From the NCBI GenBank assembly GCA_973895155.1, contig OZ316898.1:126751-190750 (forward strand): DNA of 64,000 bases, in the 5' to 3' direction. Origin of the DNA: Marsupella aquatica (taxonomy: Eukaryota > Plantae > Marchantiophyta). Below are positions 12,651 to 23,239 of this stretch, piece by piece. The notes under the pieces were generated by a model. That model searched no databases. It saw only the letters and a program-made list of their open reading frames with translations, and had not been told where the DNA came from. Position 1 is the first letter of the stretch, and each line of letters opens with the position of its first letter. The position numbers and the translations under genes were made by a program.

Positions 12651-15600
12651 CTACTTGTGATGCAATTGCAAAACCTGCAATACGTCACGGTGTCTAGAGA
12701 AACTCTCCAAAGGAATCACTTTGGTAAATGCGTCAGCCGGGTTGAGTTTACCATCAATCTTGACTAGCTCAAACAAATTATCAGACACAGCCTGCCTGAT
12801 AAAATGGTACCTGACGTCAATGTGCTTCACTCTGCTGTCCATCACCTGGTTCACAGCAAGGTGGAGCGCACTTTGACTATCACAATGGAGCTTCACATTC
12901 CCCTGTGGCAATCCCATTTCAGTGATAAGTCTATCCAACCAAATCGCTTCCTTTGCTGCTTCCGCAGCTGCAACATACTCCGCTTCTGTAGTAGACTGAG
13001 CAATACACTTCTGCAAAGTAGACCTCCAACTTATGCATCCACCGCCAAGTGTGAACATGTATCCTGTTGTTGATCTCCTTCGGTCCAAATCTTGTCCATA
13101 GTCAGAATCTACATAGCCAATCAATGATCTAGCATTCTTTGCATTCGCATCAAATAAAAGACCATGATCCACGGTACCCTTCAAGTACCTGATAATCCAC
13201 TTCACTGCTTCCCAGTGTACCTTCCCTGGATTCGACATGTACCTGCTCACCTTGCCCATAGCCATGGCAAGATCAGGTCTAGTGCAAGTCATCAAATACA
13301 TGAGACTCCCCACTGCCTTGTCATATGGAACCTTTGACATCAACCCCTTCTCTGTGTCATCCGTAGGACAGAACGCTGATGATAACTTGAAGTGTGGAGC
13401 CAACGGGGTACTTACTGGCTTGCTATTCTCCATGTTGAACCTTGCAATTACCTTCCTCGCATAACTGCTCTGCGTCAACCATAGCTTGCCAGCCTCCAAG
13501 TCCCTAGTGATCTTCATACCCAAAATCCTCTTAGCTGGCCCTAAGTCCTTCATCTTAAACTCTGCACTAAGCAGTGCCTTGAGCTTAACAATCTCAGACC
13601 TATCCTTGGCTGCAATTAGCATGTCATCCACATAAAGTACTAAAACAATGAACCCAAAGACAACATTCTTCACCGGTTTCAAATACACACAAGGGTCAAA
13701 TACACTTCTGTGAAAACCTTGTGACCGAATCCAATCGTCAAACCGCTTGTTCCACTGTCTTGGTGACTGCTTCAACCCATACAAGGATTTCAGCAATCTG
13801 CAAACCAATTCCTTCTGTCCTCTCTTCACAAAACCTAGCGGTTGTCTCATGAAGATCACCTCTTCCAATGTGCCATAGAGGAAAGCTGTGACAACATCCA
13901 TCTGATCTAGGAGCAGACCAAACATTACAACAAGTACACACAATAGTCGTATTGTAGAGTACTTAGCAACTGGTGAGAAGACCTCATTGTAATCCACACC
14001 TTTCTCTTGTGTGAATCCCTTTGCTACCAATCTAGCCTTGTAGACCTTCGATCCACCTCCTATGGAATTATCCTTCAGCTTGTAAATCCACTTGCTGTCC
14101 ACCACTTGCTGACCCTTAGGCAGCTTAACAAGCTCCCAAGTTTTGTTGTCCTTTAGTGACTGCATCTCCGTTTGCATTGCTGCAGTCCACTTCTGCTTCT
14201 CTTTTGAAGCACTTGCCTCATGAAATGAAGAAGGTTCTCCTTCTTCCAAAATTAACGCATCACCCTCATCATCAGCTGTAAAATCATCCTCTTGCAGTTG
14301 AGATGAATCAACCCACTGTCCATACCTTGATGGAGCGCGTACAGTGCGACCAGATGTTCTTCTAGCCGATGACTCCGGTTGATCTGCGTGTGCTGGTACA
14401 ATTTGAAGCTCAACAGCATCCACTTGTTGCTCACCAGCATCAACAAACTCCTCTGGTTCCTCTGGCACAGGAACCAGCTCCATAATTGGAGCAACTCCTT
14501 CTCTCCGGTCATGCACCTCATAACCAATCTCCCCCTCAACGAGATCCGGGATAGGAGATTTTCCTTTGTCAGTACGGGAGACCTGAGTATTCTCCCCCTC
14601 CTTCAATAATCTGGATTCATTGAAGGAAACATCCCTACTGACAACGAGCTTACAGGCAATAGGATCCCATAGCCTATAGGCTTTCACACCACTCTGGTAC
14701 CCAAGAAAAACACATTTCCTGGAGGTAGGATCCAACTTGGTCCTATTCTGCTTTGGTGTGAGAGCATATGCATCACTTCCAAAAATTACCAAGCCATGAT
14801 AGTCTGCTTGCCGCTTATAGCGCATCTCAAACGGCGTTTTGAAATTGATAGCACTAGAAGGAGAAAGATTTACCAAATAAGCTGCGGTATTGACAGCTTC
14901 TGCCCAAAATTCTTGTGGTAAACCTGATTGGCTCAACATACTCCGTGACCGCTCCAACAGTGTCCGATTGAGCCTCTCAGCGACACCATTCTGCTGCGGA
15001 GTATAAACTGTGGTGAGATGGCGAGTTATCCCCTGTTCTGAACAGTACTCTTCAAATTCCATTGAAGTGTACTCCCCGCCGTTGTCTGACCTCAGACTCT
15101 TCACCCTTGTATCCAAACACTTGATCGTGTTTCCAGTCTGATTCTCCACCTGGGCCTTCCACTTCTTAAAAATGGACAAGACATCAGACTTATGCGTCAT
15201 GAAATAAATCCACACAAATCTTGAGTAATCATCAATAAATGATACATAGTACAACTTTCCAGAGTGTGAGGGAGTCGGGGATGGACCCCACACGTCACTA
15301 TGTATGTACTCAAGAACCGCTTTGGAACGATGAGTTCCAACACCAAAAGCACGACGATGCTGCTTTCCAAGAATGCAATGCTCACAAAACTCTAATTTAC
15401 AAGATTGCAAATCAGAAATGAGTCCATTCTTCCGTAAGATAGCCAAACCCTTCTCACTCATGTGGCCTAGCCGTGAATGCCACAGTTGAGTCATCTCCTC
15501 GTGAGACTTGGTTACATTGGCCTCTCCACATACAGTATTGCCCTGTAACACATACAAATTCTTTTGTCTACTCCCCTTCAAAATCACTGTCTCTCCCGAC

Positions 15601-15917
15601 CTGACTTGAAGTTCACCATCAATAACGCTCCATTGATGACCATTTGAATCCAACACACCGAGTGAAATCAGATTCTTACGCATGCCAGGTACATACCTGA
15701 CTCCGGACACTGTGCGCACAGCGCCATCAAACATTTGAATCTTCACAGACCCAATTCCCTCAATTTGACAGGAGTGATCATTTCCCATCAGAACTGAACC
15801 GTTTGAAATAGAGTAAGAACTGAAAAACTCACGAATGTAACAAATATGAAAAGAGCAAGCACAATCAAGAATCCACACATCATCTGCTCTCCTAGATGAC
15901 GTGCACAGGGCATACAC
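12651..15917 (-). CDS. Copia Pol (protease, GAG-pre-integrase, integrase, RT, RNase H)
   Basis: WILDCACSFH, LWHSRLGH, HSDVWGP, LRSDNGGEY, YKARLVAKG, LYVDDML, GYVDSDY, NPADAFTK; the frame is open. Confidence 0.93.
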   Translation of the reverse strand: MYALCTSSRRADDVWILDCACSFHICYIREFFSSYSISNGSVLMGNDHSCQIEGIGSVKIQMFDGAVRTVSGVRYVPGMRKNLISLGVLDSNGHQWSVIDGELQVRSGETVILKGSRQKNLYVLQGNTVCGEANVTKSHEEMTQLWHSRLGHMSEKGLAILRKNGLISDLQSCKLEFCEHCILGKQHRRAFGVGTHRSKAVLEYIHSDVWGPSPTPSHSGKLYYVSFIDDYSRFVWIYFMTHKSDVLSIFKKWKAQVENQTGNTIKCLDTRVKSLRSDNGGEYTSMEFEEYCSEQGITRHLTTVYTPQQNGVAERLNRTLLERSRSMLSQSGLPQEFWAEAVNTAAYLVNLSPSSAINFKTPFEMRYKRQADYHGLVIFGSDAYALTPKQNRTKLDPTSRKCVFLGYQSGVKAYRLWDPIACKLVVSRDVSFNESRLLKEGENTQVSRTDKGKSPIPDLVEGEIGYEVHDRREGVAPIMELVPVPEEPEEFVDAGEQQVDAVELQIVPAHADQPESSARRTSGRTVRAPSRYGQWVDSSQLQEDDFTADDEGDALILEEGEPSSFHEASASKEKQKWTAAMQTEMQSLKDNKTWELVKLPKGQQVVDSKWIYKLKDNSIGGGSKVYKARLVAKGFTQEKGVDYNEVFSPVAKYSTIRLLCVLVVMFGLLLDQMDVVTAFLYGTLEEVIFMRQPLGFVKRGQKELVCRLLKSLYGLKQSPRQWNKRFDDWIRSQGFHRSVFDPCVYLKPVKNVVFGFIVLVLYVDDMLIAAKDRSEIVKLKALLSAEFKMKDLGPAKRILGMKITRDLEAGKLWLTQSSYARKVIARFNMENSKPVSTPLAPHFKLSSAFCPTDDTEKGLMSKVPYDKAVGSLMYLMTCTRPDLAMAMGKVSRYMSNPGKVHWEAVKWIIRYLKGTVDHGLLFDANAKNARSLIGYVDSDYGQDLDRRRSTTGYMFTLGGGCISWRSTLQKCIAQSTTEAEYVAAAEAAKEAIWLDRLITEMGLPQGNVKLHCDSQSALHLAVNQVMDSRVKHIDVRYHFIRQAVSDNLFELVKIDGKLNPADAFTKVIPLESFSRHRDVLQVLQLHHK

Positions 15918-15923
15918 CCAGCT

Positions 15924-16958
15924 TCATAAAACATACTCATCATTGAGTAAATCAGCTTCTCCATCAGCCCTAGCCACATTTGCCGATGAAGTTTCCGCTG
16001 CCTTTCCCTTACAGTCTCGCTTGAAGTGTCCAACTTGGTTGCACTTCCAACATGTCACCTGCCTCCTCTGAGGGGATTTACCCTTGGACTTAGATCTGGA
16101 TTTAGATCTAAACTGGGTTCTACGGTCCCCAGTTGGTCGCTGCATACTCCTCCCACGGTTAACATTGAGGGCAGCACCAGATGATGAAGGCTGTGACGTG
16201 ATGTGCATCTTCTGCTGAAGATCATCACTAAGCAGAGAACTTACCACGTCATTGTATGAAATGGTATCCCTATCACGATGCAACAACACTCGTGATAGGG
16301 ACTGGTAAGATGGAGGCAATGAACTAAGAAGCTGCAGAGCCTTCGTCTCATCATTCAAAGTCTCCCCAAGGTTTTCCAAGTCAACGACCATGTCGTTGAA
16401 AGCATCCACATGGTCTTGCAACTTCGTACCAGATTCCTTCATCCTGAAACTCATCAGTTTGTAGGAAGTGTAGAGCCGGTTCGACAACTCCTTGCGGTGA
16501 TACTTGCTCTGCAATTCCGCAAATAAGGACATGCAATCCTTATGTGCACCCAACTGCTTGATGATGGGAGGCATGAGATAGAGTGTAACACACCACACTC
16601 CCTGCTCCTGCATGCGGTCCCATTGTTTCTCATCAACATCGTCTTCACGAGGGCTCAGCAGTTGGCCCATCCCTGACGCATAAAGCACTCCCTTCACCTG
16701 CTTCTCCCATAGCAAGTAGTCAGAGCGCCCATCATACTTTGTCACTTCATACTTGGGTCCCCCAAGCTTGAAAGTCCCCATCTTCTTCTTTACCGTGAGC
16801 TCCGGTAGTAGTACTGCTTCCTCCACCACACGCCGCACCGGTGATGGTATCGGTGTCACGTGCTCTTCCTCCTGCTCCTCTCTCTGCCCCTGAAACCTCC
16901 GCGGTGACCCTCGTGCTTCAAGTTCCACGTCTTCGAAAAACTCCTCCGAATCACTCAT
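15924..16958 (-). CDS. Copia Gag with CCHC zinc knuckle
   Basis: KYDGRSDYLLW, LLSSLPPSY, CWKCNQVGHFKRDC; same frame as pol, separated by one TGA. Confidence 0.9.
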   Translation of the reverse strand: MSDSEEFFEDVELEARGSPRRFQGQREEQEEEHVTPIPSPVRRVVEEAVLLPELTVKKKMGTFKLGGPKYEVTKYDGRSDYLLWEKQVKGVLYASGMGQLLSPREDDVDEKQWDRMQEQGVWCVTLYLMPPIIKQLGAHKDCMSLFAELQSKYHRKELSNRLYTSYKLMSFRMKESGTKLQDHVDAFNDMVVDLENLGETLNDETKALQLLSSLPPSYQSLSRVLLHRDRDTISYNDVVSSLLSDDLQQKMHITSQPSSSGAALNVNRGRSMQRPTGDRRTQFRSKSRSKSKGKSPQRRQVTCWKCNQVGHFKRDCKGKAAETSSANVARADGEADLLNDEYVL

Positions 16959-18099
16959 ATGAGAAAGTCACAAAAAATGTTGTTTTTCACAACTTCTCAA
17001 AAAACTCGAAACTCAACACCGCCGCGTAGCCCACAAAGCTAGGAGTCCAATACTGAAAACCGAAATCAAAATCGAAATTTGACGGAAAAGTTATTCAAAT
17101 TTCGGTCGAGGTGGGTAAAACCTTGGGAAACTCCCCCGTTTTGACCACCTCAGGGAATAACCGAAATACCAAGTACAACCCGTTGTCGGAATTGCGATGT
17201 GATTGGTGCGCTGCATTGCCAACTTCAATGGCTACGACCTCGCCAAAAAATAACCAAAAAAGTTACCGTTCGGCGGATGAAATCTTTGTCGGACGGTCAA
17301 AAAATAGCTCTCTGGTTTTTTGGAATATTCTATGACCCTTGTACAGGCCCTGTGGGAATTTTGGAAGAACAATCGAGGGGCTGACATGTGTCCTCGAACC
17401 CCCAAAACCCCCTACCACCCTTCGTCGTCGAAATCTGGTCGCGCGCGCAGAAAATACACACGGCAGAATGTACCCCTCGACACCAAACGCAAGATATCTC
17501 ACTCGGGTTTTGACTAAATCAAGATCCGATTTCAGATTTGGAAACTAGACTCCGAGACGATGAAGATCGATATAAGAAGCACCCAAAACAAGGAAAGAAC
17601 GAGGGAGAAAAAAATTGGTAAAGATGACAGATTTCTCTCAATTGCCATAGCCAATTTCGAATCAGTTTTTCAAAGAGAAAAAAAATGGTACCTTGTCAAC
17701 AACGAATGTTGATCAATTGCACTTGGTGCCGTCACCAAGTCCAACAAGGTAATTGATTTTGCTTAGCCTTCCTCTTTGCATCAAAGAGCCAATCCCGGAC
17801 TCAAAAACAATCGTCTTGCCTCAATCTCTCCGTTGAGTCAAAACACTTGACGCTTCTCCCTCCGAGTCGATTGCCAACTTTCTTCACAAAATCCAGAACG
17901 ACGAAAACTTAGATCTCTCTGCACCACGAGCTCCGTTCAACGATTTCTTCACACCGTTAGAAAGCTCTTGCCCTGATCTATCCGTTGAGCCCATAAACTC
18001 CAAGTTCCATGCGATGGAACTCTGGAAAATCCACCAACACTCAACGCTGGAAAAACCGTCATGAAATCCCGTCACGAACACATGTCACCTCCCAAGCAT

Positions 18100-18111
18100 G
18101 CTCTGATACCA
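18100..18111 (-). promoter_or_regulatory. PBS, tRNA-iMet
   Basis: TGGTATCAGAGC, 2 nt from the 5' LTR. Confidence 0.92.
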
Positions 18112-18371
18112 ATTGTTGAGCATAGACGACGATCGCAACGGCAAGCCCATGAACCATCCAACGCACAATAGTCGACACAAGAGATACGTGGTTCACCTCC
18201 TTGAGGCTACGTCCACGGGAACACACAAGAGAGCTTTACTGAACTCTAAGCCCGTCGGCTATACCGAGTCTCCACATGTAAGCTCTCCCTATCTCTCAAG
18301 TGGCTCCATAACAATGAGCCTTGGTTCTACCTCTCCAAGCACACATGCCTCTTATGATATAGTGTGCAACT

Positions 18372-18550
18372 TAGTTGTACCTAACCACATAGTTGTACCT
18401 AACCACATAGTTGTACCTAATCACGTAGTTGTACCTAACCACATAGTTGTACCTAATCACGTAGTTGTACCTAACCACATAGTTGTACCTAATCACGTAG
18501 TTGTACCTAACCACGTAGTTGTACCAACCCACGTTGTTGTACCAACCACG
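18372..18550. repeat. 18-bp tandem array in the copia 5' LTR (10 units; 3 units in the 3' LTR at about 12370-12422)
   Basis: Unit TAGTTGTACCTAACCACR; the LTR length difference (474 vs 348 bp) is 126 bp, or 7 units. Confidence 0.93.
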
Positions 18551-19165
18551 TCATACCTAACCTAGACGTAAGAGTAAATACCCAACAACATGGGCACGGG
18601 TACGGGTACGGGCACGGCTGAGTTGGTCATGTTGGTTGATGGCCAAGTTCCCATGAAGCTCTGTAGGTGCTGGTAGAAGTTCTCCGAAGCGAGTGCGAAC
18701 GCCCTTGTCGAACGGTTGGTACTGGACTCGCCGTTAATGACAGCCCGAACGGTGCAGGTCGATTATACCCGGATATTGAAGACCTCGTCCGGAAGCCGAA
18801 GCAATGCTTCCCAGAAACCGATATATTTGTCTTCGTTGAAGAAGTACCCAGATACCTCTGCTGGTCGGTAAAGCTCGCTCTGAGACGGGTAGTCAAAGTT
18901 AAGGACGTAGTGGTGTCGTCCTGCTAGGCGGATGGCTCTCTCGTATTCGCATTCAATTTCGTATCGGCGTGGGTTGGCGTGTTTCAATGAATCGGCCAAG
19001 TGCCTTCCGGTAGATAGGAACTGCGTCCAGAATCGAATGGCCGAGCTGGAGAGGATCGTGTGCGATATTCAGAGGAGATAGTAGTGGCGACCTAGAGAGA
19101 ACGAGAGAGCTGGGGTCGAAGCTGGCGCGCGGACTGATGGACTGGTGCACTACAAAGGGTTGGCT

Positions 19166-19176
19166 CCCCTTTTATA
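19166..19176 (-). promoter_or_regulatory. Candidate TATA box in the Y LTR
   Basis: TATAAAAGGGG about 360 bp from the LTR 5' end, upstream of the LTR ORF remnants. Confidence 0.55.
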
Positions 19177-19534
19177 CTTTGAGGGCTTGTCGATCCCCGA
19201 CGTCTCCTCGACGCCCATAGGCTGAACCGCTCACGCTTGTGGTGTACCGGCCACTCCGCCGGTCTGAGTCAGCGTGCGTCAGTGGCCGCTTCCTTAAGTT
19301 CGTTATACGGACCCGCGGGAGGGGCCCTTCCACGCTCGTAACCCGGGTGTGCGAATAGCGACCCGCCGCCAGTCCGAACCTGAAGTCCCCCTTATTGCCT
19401 AATGATGTCCTATCCCTAATGATTACCTAAATACTGTCGTTATGCTAATAATAGCGGCCTAAGACCCACCTAACGCGCGTGCCGAGCGTAGTTAGACTGA
19501 ATCACTCATTAACCGCCGTACCGGCGGCATCACA

Positions 19535-22068
19535 ATCTCCCTCTGAAAAAAAGGTCCTTGCTCCAACTCCTCCCCAAAGATGCTGAGCGCCAGCTCTCCA
19601 CACATTTCCCCGTACTCCATGGCTCTATTCTTAGCATAGGTGGAGGAAGTAGAAGTCATCGGCATCATCCACCGCGGCCTTTGTTCCCAAGCCGCCTTGC
19701 GGATCTCTTCTATTGTGGCTAGAGGGATGCTTTGAATTTCTGCAAGCCGCCTGATGTCCTCTGGCCATTCTCCTCCTGGTAAATCCTTTTCCCTAGCCAG
19801 GGCTGCCTCCTCTTCCTCCCTGATTCGTTCCTGAAATTCCTGCGTCGTCTGTTTTATGCCGTCAAAGCTCGGGGGAGCGACATCTGGTGGGGGAGACTCG
19901 GGGCTGCTCTGCTGGCTCGGGTCTCCTTGAACTACTCTTGGGAGCGTGGGGATGAACCGGCCACAGGTCCTTACTCCTGGAACATGATGATCCGACCCGT
20001 AGCCGGAGTCATCATTGCTGTAGTCCTCTACCGCCTCCTCATCGGCTTGGACTACCGGCTTCTCCCGCTGTTCTCCTGGTTTTGTCGTGAACATGGCTTC
20101 ACCTCTCACTGGTCTTGGTTCCTCCTCCGGCTTCCGTGTTGATCTCTTGTTCTCCTTGTCATGGCCGGGAGCTACGGCCTGCTTCTCCTCGGCTTCGGGA
20201 CTTGAGGCTCCTACATACATCCGGACTCCCGGCTCGTGTTCCGGCCTCCTTCTCTCCTTGACCCCAGTAAAGGGGTTTTCCCTTGTAAGCCGGCTTAGGC
20301 CCACCTCTGGAGCAGTGTCCTGCATTGGTGCCGTTGCTGTTGCCGTTGCCGTTCTCTTTTCCTTCTCCAGCAATTTCAACAGATTCTGCATGCCTGGTTG
20401 CTGCATCGGCAAGTCCTCCGTCCTTGGCCTAAACACCTGCTCGATTGTAGGACTATCGGGCGGGTTGGGTTTCTCCGTTGCCGGCCTCTGTTCCGGAACC
20501 TCCTCTGGTGCCCTTGCCTGTAGGGGAAGTACCGGGGCAAAGGTCTTACTTCGGGCATACCGGCATAGTAGCGGTATGTGATAGCCAAGCCAGGACACGC
20601 TTCCCTTGCCGATCACCAGCTGTTCCTCCTTCAAGATCTTCTTTAGTTGAGTGAGGAGGTACCCATTGTAGTCCCGGCTTGGGTCTGGCCTCTCTGCCAG
20701 ATAGACCTGTGCCTTGCCGATCTCTGGTCTCGGCCAGTTGCAATGCATGGTCACCCGCAAGAAATCGATCATCTCTCCTATATGCGGGTTGGTGCAGGTG
20801 TTTCGGAAGAAGCCATTCTTTGTTGAAGGCCAGGGAAACGACCGGAACTCCTTGTCTGGCAAAGTCTTCCTGGTATCTCCCTTGGTCTTATTGCCCTTTG
20901 GCAAGCCAAACACTTCGGCAATCACCTGGGGAGTGAGATAGAAATCCTTCCCATACACCCTTGTGGAATTGGTCTCGGACTCCCATGATCCCACGAATTC
21001 TAGTAAGTCTGAATCCGGCACCTCCGGCTTCAGCCACGGTAACCTTACGAAGGCTTCCAAGCCGGATCCGGCCATGAAGCCCTGGTATTTCCGAGTCTGC
21101 ATAGCCGTAAAGCACGCATCCTCCTCCCGTGCAAAGTATAATTGCACTTCCTCGGGGAGAATCGCTGCCCAGCCTTTCCAGGTGTCATCTCTTGTTGGAA
21201 TGGCGTTGATGGGGTCGACCTCCTCCTCCTTGGCTTCTCTCTGCCTCCTGCTCTGCTGTTCTGCTAGCTTCTTTGGTGTCGCCGACCTCGTTCTTTTTGC
21301 CGGGGTGGCCTCTTTGTTGTTGTTCCCCTTCCTCTTCATCTTGGCTGCCGTGGATGTCTCTCCTAGCACGGTTGCCTTTGTCCACCCCTCCGTGCTACCC
21401 TTCAACTCCCAGTGTATGTCATTGCAGCGTTTGATGGCTTCGCGGATGCCGACGACTCTATTTTTGCAAAACAGCAGGTCGTCTAGCTTGTTGCCAGTAG
21501 GCGTCCACAGGAATTCAGCCTTGATGAGTTCTCCTCCTAAGAAGGCAGCTTTCTGCAGCTCCCACAATCAGGCGAGCTCCTGTCGTTCTCGAGCTGCTCT
21601 CTCCGATTCTTTGTCCTCGTAAGTCCCAATGTACTCAGTTGCCCGTTTGAACAGGCATCCCCAAAAATGTGCCGCTTGATTGACGTTGCTCATACCCTTC
21701 TCGAGTTGATAGTCGGTATTTGTTTCCACCCTGAGCACTTGCCTAAGCAGTTGACAGTAGTTGGCCGCCCGTAGTCGCCTGCCCAGTTCGTGCTTGCAAA
21801 TGAGCCACTACTCCTCGTGAGCGGTCCTTACCCCTCTCCTCCTCTGGTTCTCCCTCCTGTTGGTTACCCCTAGCCGCCGGCACTTAGTGTGCCCTAACCC
21901 TAATGTGTTCTCTCCCCTGGCGTCCTTACTTCCGGCCTCGGCTCGGGTTCCATAGTCACCCTTAATTGTTTATATTTTCCTTATTTATGTAACTATACTA
22001 AGGTGTTTCTAGGGTACACTTCCCTTTTCCCCTAAAACTAGCCCAGTGATTCCTGGCTAGGCATCACA
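19535..22068 (-). repeat. 3' LTR of X2 (visible part), containing the first half of the accessory ORF (track ORF 19492-21567)
   Basis: Starts TGTGATGCCTAGCC directly after the PPT; matches 49397-51054 plus 54246-55127; cut by the Y insertion. Confidence 0.92.
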
Positions 22069-22769
22069 TAGCTCCCCACTTAATTGTGAAGCGTCCTCGC
22101 GAACAACTTCATCTTCATCCATATAGTATTTCTTGAGGCGGTCGTAGTGAATACGAACTGGGTACACCTCTCCGGTAATGTTGGCCAATTGCCCAGAGCC
22201 ATTGGGGAACTTCTTTGATACCCTGAAAGGTCCTAACCAGTGAGTGTAAAGCTTCCCTAGAAACCTACTATACCTACTGTCATAAAGTAATACAAGATCT
22301 CCTGTGTGAATACTAACTACATTCAACTTTTTATCATACTGCTGCTTCATGATATTCTGTCTATATTCTACTCTCTCGGCTGAAATCATTCTTGCCTCCT
22401 CTAAAGCTTCTAATCTATATTCTCGCTCTTTCAGGCTTTCCTCCTCTGAGACTCTTTCCTCAATTGTAACTTGAAATGTCGGTATCTCAAGTTGCATGGG
22501 TACCAGAGCTTCTTGTCCAAAGGTTAAGAAAAAGGGTGTATGTCCGGTGGTGGATTTATAGGCCAAATTGTAAGCAAAAACAGCAACAAACAATTTATCA
22601 TCCCAATCGAGTTTGTTCTGAGCTACTGTTTTGTTTAATATCTTTCCTATAATCCCATTGGCTCGTTCTGTCAATCCATTTGCCTTTGGGTGGTAAGGAG
22701 TAGTAGGTCTATGTCTAACTAAATACTGCTCATTTAAACGACTAATTATATCATTCAGAAAATGGGTTC
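22057..22769 (-). pseudogene. X2 integrase C-terminal part
   Basis: ANGLTERANG, TPFFLTFG, HWLGPF (GPY/F) motifs; no chromodomain; the stop codon lies inside the LTR. Confidence 0.88.
22069..22085 (-). promoter_or_regulatory. Polypurine tract of X2
   Basis: AATTAAGTGGGGAGCTA abutting the TGT start of the 3' LTR. Confidence 0.8.
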
Positions 22770-23239
22770 TGTTAGACGATGGCTATGGTTCATACACCAA
22801 CAACACAAGGATAATCTTTTCATGAGCCAATGTGGCTTATAAGGTGTTACACATTATATTGGATGGTTATAACTACCTTCTCCTAGTCTCATGACTCTCT
22901 ATATCTAGTCCCTATATACCCCTTTGTATCACTCTATGAGTTAGGGTTAAGTGTATTCTAACACTCCCCCTTGGTTACTTCAATAGAAAGTAACCATTCT
23001 ATAGAATAGAGTTAATCCTAATTCAGGGTATATTAGAACTTATAAACGACATGATCTCATTAAAAACCCCCTGCTTTCTTCTTTGGGGTAAAAAGAGTAT
23101 CACTGTCTTACATGTAATAAGTTCGTTAAGTTGAGGGGGCTGAGTATATGCTAAGTAGTAATGTGCCATTCTACTAGGTATTACGGGTTTAGGGTGATCA
23201 TAATAATAATGCTTGAAACAAGTAGTCGAGAGCATTTAG

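Larger units (their letters stand above)
12112..18587 (-). mobile_element. Full-length Ty1/copia element (Tork/Tnt1-like)
   Basis: LTRs 12112-12459 and 18114-18587 (TGTTG...CAACA), PBS TGGTATCAGAGC 18100-18111, PPT at about 12460-12470, TSD GCATG/ACATG (4 of 5 match). Confidence 0.95.
597..19534 (-). mobile_element. Ty3/gypsy (non-chromovirus) element Y: 5' LTR plus gag-pol, 3' part outside window; inserted in the 3' LTR of X2
   Basis: LTR 9018-19534, PBS 8988-9005, Gag-PR-RT-RNaseH on the minus strand. The right flank ATCTC continues the X2 LTR ORF as seen in the copy near 49397. Confidence 0.88.
9018..19534 (-). repeat. 5' LTR of Y (about 4.04 kb after removing the copia insertion)
   Basis: Imperfect terminal inverted repeat TGTCACGCCGTCGG / TGTGATGCCGCCGG; PBS follows; no second copy in the window. 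Confidence 0.8.

Noticed and set aside
18113-18565. 150-aa ORF with VVPNH repeats (also 12048-12437)
   Set aside because: Antisense translation of the copia LTR 18-bp tandem repeat.
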